Origin: an uncultured Hyphomonadaceae bacterium
GTDB taxonomy: Bacteria; Pseudomonadota; Alphaproteobacteria; Caulobacterales; Hyphomonadaceae
Direction: 5' to 3'
Assembly: GCA_964352025.1 (NCBI GenBank)
Contig: CAYGPZ010000009.1
Coordinates: 26,971-90,970, forward strand
DNA length: 64,000 nt
Below, piece after piece: positions 20,076 to 27,146 of the stretch. A program made the translations under genes and the position numbers. The notes beneath the pieces are model-generated. The model saw only the letters and a program-made list of their open reading frames with translations, was not told the origin of the DNA and made no database searches. The first letter of the stretch is position 1, and the number at the start of each line of letters is the position of its first letter.

Positions 20076-20116
20076 CTGTATGGTTAATATTGAAGTATTG
20101 ATGGTTAACCATACAG
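20076..20116. repeat. 12-bp perfect inverted repeat (CTGTATGGTTAA / TTAACCATACAG) in an AT-rich upstream region
   Basis: Arms at 20076-20087 and 20105-20116 with a 17-nt spacer, about 85 bp upstream of ORF 20200. Surrounded by several TTAAT/TTAAC pentamers. Confidence 0.5.
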
Positions 20117-20199
20117 TTGTATGAATATCGAATACTTTGTGTTATTTTCGTCACCCTAAATAAAAAGAATATTGATGGTTTTTCGTATATTAGAAAAGG

Positions 20200-21246
20200 G
20201 TGTGTGTGGTGAATCCATATGGACGTTTCCTCGTCGTATCCAATGCTATTTCGGCAGCGTTGGTACTGACATTAGTAAGCTTGGTTTCAGGACCAGCTTT
20301 TGCAGCCTATAAAGCTGCACAATTTCAAGCAGATTTTGCGCCATTTGTGGCAGCCGGAGCTGCATTGGGAGTCACAATAGTTGTTTGGCTTGCATTAACA
20401 GATGCAGTTTTGCCATTCTTCTTCCGTTATACTTCAATTCGTCGCGTAATCTTGGGCAAGCACTATATGGAAGGTACTTGGATTCAGGCTGAAAAGCACG
20501 AAGGTACCCCAAGAATGGCTGTTATAGAGATCCAGCCTGCCGGGACTTCATTTCGTTTTTCTGGATATGCAGTGGATGAGAATTTGGATGTTCAATCCAA
20601 TGTAGTGATGGAATTTTCAAAGTTTGACTGGCCATTCATGACGTACAAGTTCCGTAATAGTCTTGCAGATAATGCAGATCAGGGGCGTGAAGGTGTTGGG
20701 GAAATTCATTTTGAAGCAAACCGTCATGCGCCGCGCTCTTATAATGGTTTTGTGCAAACCGTGAATAGTCTTGGGCGCGTCAAGATTGAAGGTGTGCGTC
20801 TAAGGAAAGGTCGCGAGATTAAAGATCTTAGATCACTAGAATATCGTGCTGAAGTTATCGACAAGTATTGGGGCTTATTCTTCGAGCGTGGAAATAGAAA
20901 AGCCCGCATGCGTGGAAAAGGAATTGGCGGATTTAATACAGCGAATACTGTTGATGTCGCGCCACAAGCTCAACCTGAAGCAAGAGTGTCTACTGCGCCT
21001 GCCTCAGCACGTCCTACTCCAAAAACAAATATGGCAAGCGAGTCGAACTTAGAGCATGAACGTCGTGTTTCATCAGATACTCCGGATGATTTTGGTCCAG
21101 TTGTACCTAGACGTCGTGCATCTGATTGGACAAAAGCAGATGAAGTTCTTGAGTTTGAAGATCTTGAGGATTTATTAGAAGACCCAGTTGAAAATTCAGC
21201 AGGATCGACAATGGAAATTTCTGGAAAAGCAATTTTACGGAAATAA
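20200..21246 (+). CDS. Hypothetical membrane protein: two N-terminal TM helices, beta-rich domain, disordered acidic tail
   Basis: TM1 AISAALVLTLVSLVSGPAFAA. TM2 FVAAGAALGVTIVVWLALTDAVLPFFF. About 150 aa predicted beta-rich, then a Pro/Ala/Glu/Asp-rich tail. The start may be the GTG at 20206 or 20209. Confidence 0.6.
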   Translation: MCVVNPYGRFLVVSNAISAALVLTLVSLVSGPAFAAYKAAQFQADFAPFVAAGAALGVTIVVWLALTDAVLPFFFRYTSIRRVILGKHYMEGTWIQAEKHEGTPRMAVIEIQPAGTSFRFSGYAVDENLDVQSNVVMEFSKFDWPFMTYKFRNSLADNADQGREGVGEIHFEANRHAPRSYNGFVQTVNSLGRVKIEGVRLRKGREIKDLRSLEYRAEVIDKYWGLFFERGNRKARMRGKGIGGFNTANTVDVAPQAQPEARVSTAPASARPTPKTNMASESNLEHERRVSSDTPDDFGPVVPRRRASDWTKADEVLEFEDLEDLLEDPVENSAGSTMEISGKAILRK

Positions 21247-21267
21247 AAACTCCAATAGAATTGAAGA

Positions 21268-21300
21268 AAGCCGTTGCGTTTCTGCGCAACGGCTTTTTTG
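21268..21300 (+). terminator. Rho-independent terminator (copy A of a repeated hairpin)
   Basis: GCCGTTGCG-tttct-GCGCAACGGC followed by TTTTTT. Near-identical to the hairpin at 22298-22321. Confidence 0.8.
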
Positions 21301-21312
21301 TATTTTTGTCGC

Positions 21313-21444
21313 TTATTTCCAAATAAGCTCAAATTGCACTTTGATTGTTGAAGTATATAATTTTATACCTCCGAATATAGGTATACTCGCGCCAGTCATC
21401 AGCTCCATATTTGATCCTATTATAAATTGAGGATGGAGGGTGTT
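21313..21444 (-). pseudogene. Decayed 3' fragment of a SIMPL/DUF541 paralogue
   Basis: The minus-strand frame reads ..HPQFIIGSNMELMTGASIPIFGGIKLYTSTIKVQFELIWK*. It aligns to the C-terminus of the intact gene at 22340..23134 (YPQPKMMARMEMADTASTPIAAGEISYSSTMNVQFELVKK*). It is followed by the same hairpin. Confidence 0.6.
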
Positions 21445-21492
21445 CTAGCTCTTTTGCTTATACCTTATATCTCGGCAATTCTGGAGTATTAC

Positions 21493-22272
21493 ATGCCCAA
21501 AAAACTGAAACTTCTTGTCACTGGACTGAATGGTGTTGTGGGGCAGGTTTTGTTCCCTGCTTTGGAAGAGCGCTATGAAGTTAGTGCGTTATCTCGCAGT
21601 GGTGTTAAAGGCATTCCGCCAGAACGCGTTTTCAAAGCCGACATTGGAGATATAGATACATTGTATCCCGCGATGAAAGGGATTGATGTTGTACTAAACC
21701 TCGCTGCCGGTGGTGGTCAGAGTAGTGCTGAAGGTATGGATGCTGGTTGGGACGTGATGCTCCGTGACAATATTGTCGGCGCTTACAACGTGCTTGAAGC
21801 CGCAAAACAGTCGGGTGTGAAACGCGTCATTCTCGCGAGTTCAGGTGCGGTTGCAAACGGCTATGAGTTAGAGGAACCTTACAAGAGCTTGGTGTCCACA
21901 GAAGATATTCCGCTTCCAGAATCATGGGAGATGGTCGATGAGTTTGCTGAGCCAAAGCCGGTGTCACTTTATGGTGTAACGAAACTGTTTGGTGAGGACC
22001 TGGGTCGATACTATGCAGCAACAACCGACATGTCGGTTATAAACCTGCGGATTAGCTATTGTTTAAAAGAGGACGAAGCAGGCGCTGGCCGTGGGCAAGC
22101 GAATTGGTCGAGCCACCGAGATATCCGACAATTGACGACTTTGTGTATCGATGCGCCTCCGGAAATCAAGTTTGATGTTTTCTGGGCGACATCTGACAAT
22201 AAGAAGCTTTTCCGTGACAATTCGCACGCTAAAAAGGTTCTCGGTTACCGTCCGCAGGATGGCGTAAAGTAG
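21493..22272 (+). CDS. NAD-dependent epimerase/dehydratase family protein
   Basis: Rossmann motif LLVTGLNGVVGQ and catalytic YGVTKLFGE (YxxxK). GGAG RBS before the ATG at 21493; the track ORF starts at 21427. Confidence 0.85.
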   Translation: MPKKLKLLVTGLNGVVGQVLFPALEERYEVSALSRSGVKGIPPERVFKADIGDIDTLYPAMKGIDVVLNLAAGGGQSSAEGMDAGWDVMLRDNIVGAYNVLEAAKQSGVKRVILASSGAVANGYELEEPYKSLVSTEDIPLPESWEMVDEFAEPKPVSLYGVTKLFGEDLGRYYAATTDMSVINLRISYCLKEDEAGAGRGQANWSSHRDIRQLTTLCIDAPPEIKFDVFWATSDNKKLFRDNSHAKKVLGYRPQDGVK

Positions 22273-22295
22273 GACGCCGATTATTCTATTAAAAA

Positions 22296-22326
22296 TAGCC
22301 GTTGCGTTTCTGCGCAGCGGCTATTT
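22296..22326. terminator. Terminator hairpin (copy B), shared by convergent genes
   Basis: GCCGTTGCG-tttct-GCGCAGCGGC. On the minus strand it is followed by TATTTTT, so it serves the SIMPL gene. Confidence 0.7.
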
Positions 22327-22339
22327 ACATAATCGTAGT

Positions 22340-23134
22340 CTATTTCTTTACCAGCTCAAATTGCACATTCATTGTCGAAGAGTATGAAATCTCCCCAGCC
22401 GCTATTGGTGTGCTCGCTGTATCTGCCATTTCCATACGCGCCATCATTTTAGGTTGAGGGTAGGGAGAGTGGTTGCCTGCTTCATTCATTGAGATGATTC
22501 TAGAAACCTTATAGCCGGCGGCGTTTGCGTATAGCTCTGCTTTTGCCAGGGCATCTTTAACAGCTGCGGCACGGGCTTTTTTCATTGCTTCCGACGAATC
22601 TTCAAGCCCAAAAGAAATGGAGTTGATTGTGTTGCCACCAGCTTCCACAACAACGTCGAGCACGTCACCTACTTTGGCTAGGTCACGCACGGTCGTGCCA
22701 ACAGTGTTTGCGGCTTGATAGCCGATTAGCTTGGGAGGGGAATTGTTACGCGAGCTGTAATCATAGCGTGGATTAAGCGATATATTGCCGGTTTGCATGT
22801 CCTTCTTTGCAATGCCAGCCTCTTCCAAAGCCTCGAAAACACCAGTCATAAGCTGAGCTTGTTTTTTCATGGCTTGGGAAGCTGTCGGTGCATCGACGTT
22901 AACGCCCAGCGATATCGAGGCGATATCTGGTACGACTTCAATTTTTCCTTCACCGGTGAGGTTGAGCGTTGTTTCCTGCTGGATCGTAGGAGCATTTTTG
23001 ACAATATCCTGCATTGGTTGGGCTCCTGCGCTTAGGGGAAGTGAGGTGCAAGCCGTCACCAGTAAAATTGCCGATCCAGCACCCAGATATCTTGCTTTGA
23101 ATTGGTTGAACTTAGATTTCACTGTTGTGGCCAT
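22340..23134 (-). CDS. SIMPL domain (DUF541 / BP26-like) periplasmic protein
   Basis: Signal peptide, and overall similarity to the 26-kDa periplasmic immunogenic protein family (GEGKIEVVPDIASISLGV...AAGEISYSSTMNVQFEL). Confidence 0.85.
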   Translation of the reverse strand: MATTVKSKFNQFKARYLGAGSAILLVTACTSLPLSAGAQPMQDIVKNAPTIQQETTLNLTGEGKIEVVPDIASISLGVNVDAPTASQAMKKQAQLMTGVFEALEEAGIAKKDMQTGNISLNPRYDYSSRNNSPPKLIGYQAANTVGTTVRDLAKVGDVLDVVVEAGGNTINSISFGLEDSSEAMKKARAAAVKDALAKAELYANAAGYKVSRIISMNEAGNHSPYPQPKMMARMEMADTASTPIAAGEISYSSTMNVQFELVKK

Positions 23135-23323
23135 CAGTCTGCTCCGTTAAAATTATGTGCTCGTAGTAAAAATGTTTAATAGGGCGAGCATAAGGCGAAT
23201 GATTCAGGAATTAGCGGTCCGTATTCTCATTCTTCAGTGAAAACACAATTATTTATCGAAAATTACAATTCCGGGACTTCACGAACGGTACAAAATGAGT
23301 AATGTGCGCTTTCTCTCTTTTGG

Positions 23324-23400
23324 GGGCCTGTAGCTCAGTTGGTTAGAGCAAACCGCTCATAACGGTTGGGTCGGGGGTTCGATTCCCTCCGGGCCTACCA
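23324..23400 (+). tRNA. tRNA-Met (anticodon CAT), elongator type; tRNA-Ile2 (lysidine) cannot be excluded
   Basis: A 77-nt cloverleaf folded by hand. Acceptor GGGCCTG/CGGGCCT, D-arm GCTC-AGTTGGTTA-GAGC, anticodon arm AACCG-CTCATAA-CGGTT, T-arm GGGGG-TTCGATT-CCCTC, encoded CCA. It lacks the initiator features (1:72 mismatch, three G:C pairs in the anticodon stem). Confidence 0.9.
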
Positions 23401-23407
23401 AAAGAGA
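23384..23407 (+). repeat. att-like direct repeat, left copy (tRNA 3' end plus 7 nt)
   Basis: TCCCTCCGGGCCTACCAAAAGAGA, identical to 30346-30369. Confidence 0.75.
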
Positions 23408-23440
23408 GTAATTCCTTGAAAATAAATGCTTTTTGTAGTC

Positions 23441-23471
23441 TGGTGGGACGATTTATTTGGTATGGTGGGAC
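23441..23471 (+). repeat. Two direct copies of TGGTGGGAC, 22 bp apart, just inside the left att-like repeat
   Basis: 23441-23449 and 23463-23471. The same GTGGGAC heptamer recurs at 30254-30260 and, inverted, at 30303-30309. Confidence 0.6.
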
Positions 23472-23605
23472 TGTTAGGAGAAATTGAATTCTCTTATATC
23501 TCTGTTTTTTATAGATAAATTATATAAAGTGTGACGCCAATCTGGATTCGAAACTGATGAGCTAAAAGTAGAGCGCTTTTATAGAAAAAGCTTTTGGTTT
23601 CAAAC

Positions 23606-24364
23606 TCATGCCGTGATGACTTTTACTGACTTCAAGGCAGAACTTAGATTTTCAGGTGGCTCGGTATCAGTGACGAGTGTTTCAATGCGGTCAAATTCGC
23701 ATACTTTTACAAGTCCGCGTTTCATGAATTTTGAGCTGTCAGCAATCAGAACCAATCGCGTTCCCGTTGAAGCGAGGGCGCGGGCGAAGTCTGCTTCCTG
23801 AAGGTGGAAATCACATACGCCATGTTCTGGGTGTAGGGCCGATGCACCAATAATCACCATATCGGGCGTAAATCGTTTCACAAAGTCGATTGAATCTGCG
23901 CCTAACGTGGACATTGTAATGTCGGAAACTTCGCCACCAGCTAGATAGACGCGATTATTATTGCGGCCTGAAACGGACCTAACAATCTCAAGCCCATTTG
24001 TAATAACAGATACATTGCGCTGATGAACCATGCTGCGCGCAACCCATAGCGCGGTGGTGCTGCTCTCAATTGCGACTGTCATACCGTCTTTGATCAGGTC
24101 TGCAGTTTCTTCGCCTATGCGTTTCTTCGCATCGGCTTCTTCATGTTGGCGCTGGCGAAAAGGGGTCTCAAATAAATTTTCAGGAAGTCTTACGCCGCCA
24201 TGGATTTTTTGCACATAGCCCATAACTTCCAAATGTTTGACATCACGCCTAATGGTTTCGTCTGAAACTTCAAATTTTTCAGCGAGCTCTAAAATAGTGC
24301 AGCTGCCTTCTTCCTCGAGCGCAGTGAGGATTGAAAGTTGGCGACCTGAAGGATCTAAAGACAT
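23606..24364 (-). CDS. DeoR/GlpR family transcriptional regulator
   Basis: N-terminal wHTH (RQLSILTALEEEGSCTILELAEKFEVSDETIRRDVKHLEVMGYVQKIHGG) plus a DeoR C-terminal sensor domain. The start is placed at the internal Met (MSLDPSG); the track ORF extends to 24526. Confidence 0.85.
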   Translation of the reverse strand: MSLDPSGRQLSILTALEEEGSCTILELAEKFEVSDETIRRDVKHLEVMGYVQKIHGGVRLPENLFETPFRQRQHEEADAKKRIGEETADLIKDGMTVAIESSTTALWVARSMVHQRNVSVITNGLEIVRSVSGRNNNRVYLAGGEVSDITMSTLGADSIDFVKRFTPDMVIIGASALHPEHGVCDFHLQEADFARALASTGTRLVLIADSSKFMKRGLVKVCEFDRIETLVTDTEPPENLSSALKSVKVITA

Positions 24365-24527
24365 TCTAATAAAACCCCTGATTTCATTACTCTGCATTTC
24401 GCGTGGCATTTGGATGTAATTGCAACAGAAATACGAATATTTATCGTTTTTTTCTCTTAAACCTAATCTTATGACAAGAAAACCACAAACAGCAGTTTCC
24501 ACACCTAAATCAACATAAATCCACACA

Positions 24528-24545
24528 ATGTCACAAACCTGTTAC
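24528..24545 (+). promoter_or_regulatory. Pho-box-like direct repeat (ATGTCAC-AAAC-CTGTTAC)
   Basis: Two 7-mers with 11-bp periodicity, resembling the E. coli PhoB consensus CTGTCAT-N4-CTGTCAT. A TATCTC hexamer lies about 10 bp downstream. The site is about 120 bp upstream of the TonB-dependent receptor ATG. Confidence 0.35.
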
Positions 24546-24667
24546 GGATTTCTCCTATCTCATCACGTGTAGATCGATTTTATTTGGATTTGTGTGGTTT
24601 TGTGACAGTTTTATGTTGCCCATCCAAATCTTCTGCGAATTTCACACATCTTTCTGAGGGGAAAGTC

Positions 24668-27055
24668 ATGAAGAGAAGATTTCAACTCGCTTTGTTAGCA
24701 AGCGCTAGCTTAGCTTTTACATCTAACGCTTTTGGTGATGCGGCTGCTGTAGCGGATGATGCATCCATCGAGATGGACACGATTGTTATCGTTGGAACAG
24801 GTAAAACTTACTCAGCTCTGGAAACAACTGAGAGCATGGTTCTTCAACAAGCACCTATCACATCTGTACTGGCTACAATTGATAATCTTCCAGGTGTGAG
24901 CGTTAATGAAGGTGACTCATACGGGTTTGACGATTGGTCGACATCGCTTGCGCTTCGTGGCTTCCAAACAAACCTAGGTGAGCAGCAAATCGGTATCACA
25001 ATTGATGGTCTACCAAATGGTGGATCAAACTATGGTGGTGGTTCCAAAGCTAATCGTTTCATCGATCCAATGAATATGGGCGGCGCGATTGTATCACAGG
25101 GTACTGCAGATATCGCATCTCGTTCAAATGAAGCTCTTGGTGGAACAATAGATTTTCAAACTCAGAGCCCACTTGAAGACGAGCGTGTACGCTTTGGTGC
25201 GTCTTTAGGTGATCATGATGCACAACGCTTTGCAGTTCGCTATGACACAGGTCTGTTCTTCAACGATACGACCAAAGCCTGGGTGTCTTTGACATCCCAA
25301 ACAGCGACAGACTTTCTGGAAGGTTCTGCAGAGAACGAGCGCGATCACTTCGCGGCTAAGATTGAGTCAAACCTAGGTAAACTTGACCTTACAGGTTATG
25401 TTTCTTTCGATGATACACACGAAGACAACTATCAGCGTATCTACACTGCTGCTCAGTTTGAGAACAACCCAAATTCAGATGGCCTAACGGGTGAGTGGAC
25501 AGGTATTCCTGCAATCGACCAAAACTATCGTCGTGGTTGGTCAACACTTCGCGAAAACCTATTTGCATATGTAAAAGCTGACTATGAAGTCATGGATGGC
25601 TTGAACATTAATGGATCAATCTATCGTCACGATAATGACGGACGTGGTGATTGGGTTCCTCCTTATATTGTCGATTTGACAGGCGCAGTTACCGGTACAC
25701 CAGGTAATCTTTATTCTTATGTTGGATCTGATGGTCTTTCCGCTGATGCATTAGATGCAGATGCGTCACCAGTTCACTCATACCGTCACACACACTATCA
25801 AAAAGAGCGTACTGGTTTCACAGCGGATGTGGACTGGACAGCAGAATTCGGCGCAATCGAAAACACGGTTCGTGCTGGTATCTGGTATGAAGATGCAACT
25901 CGCTATGAATATCGTGACTGGCACGAAATATCTGATGCTCGCGTTGGGCACGCTTTTAACTCTACACCATATTGGGTCCAGTATGATCGTGACTTCCCAC
26001 AATCAACATTCAAGTGGTATTTAGAGGATCAAATTAAATTTGCAGACTTCACCGCGACTTTGGGTATCAAGCAGTTTACAAACGAGATTGAGCGTCAAAA
26101 CAATTTTGACCTAACATCGACAACAGAAAACTTCACTGTCGATTCTGAATCGGACATTCTGTTCTCTGGTGGTCTGTCTTACGCACCTTCAGCTGTAAAA
26201 GGTCTAGAATTCTTTGCAGGGTATGCAGAGAACTACAAAGCTCTGACAGATACTGTTTTTGAAGTACTGGTTACTTCAATTCCTGATCCAGAAACATCTG
26301 AAGCGGTAGAAGCGGGTGTTCGCTTTGCAAGTGATCGTTTCACAGCTAGTGCAGTTTACTTCCAGAACGATTTTGAAAACCGTCTTGTAACGCTATCAAA
26401 TGCGATGGTGGATGGAATTGATTTCCTTGAAGCTTCTAATGGTGGATTTGCCAATGTTGGTGGGATTGAATCAACAGGATTTGAGCTTGCTGGGACATTA
26501 GAGGTAAATGACAACCTTTCACTCTATGCTTCTTACACGAATAATGACGCGACTTATCTTGGTATTGATAGTTCGGTTCTTTCTCCTGAAGCATTGGCTG
26601 GTTTGTCTGACGCACAAATTGCTGACGCAGTAGCGGCGTTGAACGACAATGCAGGTATCTGGGAAGGAAACCCGGTAGCTGGTATTGCGGACAATATGTT
26701 CGTTGTTTCTGCAGATTTCACTAAAGAAAACTTCTTTGGTGGTCTTTCCACAAAATATACAGGCGAGCGCCCAGTGGCTGTTGGAAGAAACTTTGCACGT
26801 ACAGATGCAAATGGCGCAACAGTCGCTCCAGTCTCACGTGCCTTTGGAACTTTCGACACTGATGAGTTCTGGGTCGCTGACCTTTACCTAGGTGTAAGAG
26901 GTGAGCAGCTCGGAGAGAACTTTGACGGTCTGGAATTCGTTCTGAACGTCAACAATCTGTTTGATGAAAGCTACTTAGGTACAATCGCATCAAACTCTGG
27001 TGCTTGGATTGGCGCACCACGTACTGTTGTATTCTCAATTACAGCAGATTTCTAA
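24668..27055 (+). CDS. TonB-dependent outer-membrane receptor
   Basis: Signal peptide MKRRFQLALLASASLAFTSNAFG. TonB-box-like DTIVIVG. Plug domain. Beta-barrel ending in ...VVFSITADF with a terminal Phe. Confidence 0.9.
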   Translation: MKRRFQLALLASASLAFTSNAFGDAAAVADDASIEMDTIVIVGTGKTYSALETTESMVLQQAPITSVLATIDNLPGVSVNEGDSYGFDDWSTSLALRGFQTNLGEQQIGITIDGLPNGGSNYGGGSKANRFIDPMNMGGAIVSQGTADIASRSNEALGGTIDFQTQSPLEDERVRFGASLGDHDAQRFAVRYDTGLFFNDTTKAWVSLTSQTATDFLEGSAENERDHFAAKIESNLGKLDLTGYVSFDDTHEDNYQRIYTAAQFENNPNSDGLTGEWTGIPAIDQNYRRGWSTLRENLFAYVKADYEVMDGLNINGSIYRHDNDGRGDWVPPYIVDLTGAVTGTPGNLYSYVGSDGLSADALDADASPVHSYRHTHYQKERTGFTADVDWTAEFGAIENTVRAGIWYEDATRYEYRDWHEISDARVGHAFNSTPYWVQYDRDFPQSTFKWYLEDQIKFADFTATLGIKQFTNEIERQNNFDLTSTTENFTVDSESDILFSGGLSYAPSAVKGLEFFAGYAENYKALTDTVFEVLVTSIPDPETSEAVEAGVRFASDRFTASAVYFQNDFENRLVTLSNAMVDGIDFLEASNGGFANVGGIESTGFELAGTLEVNDNLSLYASYTNNDATYLGIDSSVLSPEALAGLSDAQIADAVAALNDNAGIWEGNPVAGIADNMFVVSADFTKENFFGGLSTKYTGERPVAVGRNFARTDANGATVAPVSRAFGTFDTDEFWVADLYLGVRGEQLGENFDGLEFVLNVNNLFDESYLGTIASNSGAWIGAPRTVVFSITADF

Positions 27056-27146
27056 AACTCAAAAACTGAAGCAAACTGGAGGACGAACACTATCCCTGTT
27101 CGTCCTCATTCTTCGTTCTAACAATTGCTTTTCTGGAGATAAGAAA

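Noticed and set aside
21427-21492. TTG-initiated extension of the epimerase ORF.
   Set aside because: The Rossmann motif follows the ATG at 21493, which has a GGAG RBS. The extension overlaps the antisense SIMPL remnant.
24365-24526. A 54-codon GTG-initiated N-terminal extension of the DeoR regulator.
   Set aside because: The wHTH domain begins right after the internal Met (MSLDPSG). The extension is Cys/Tyr/Phe-rich, has no RBS, and covers the operator-like repeats. I also could not fully reconcile my hand count of an A-run near 24476-24481 with the ORF track, so I trust the track frame rather than my count there.
27000-27146. N-terminal extension of the PhoD ORF that overlaps the 3' end of the TonB-dependent receptor gene.
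   Set aside because: The twin-arginine signal peptide begins at the ATG at 27147. The upstream codons are read-through of the receptor gene's 3' region and intergenic DNA.
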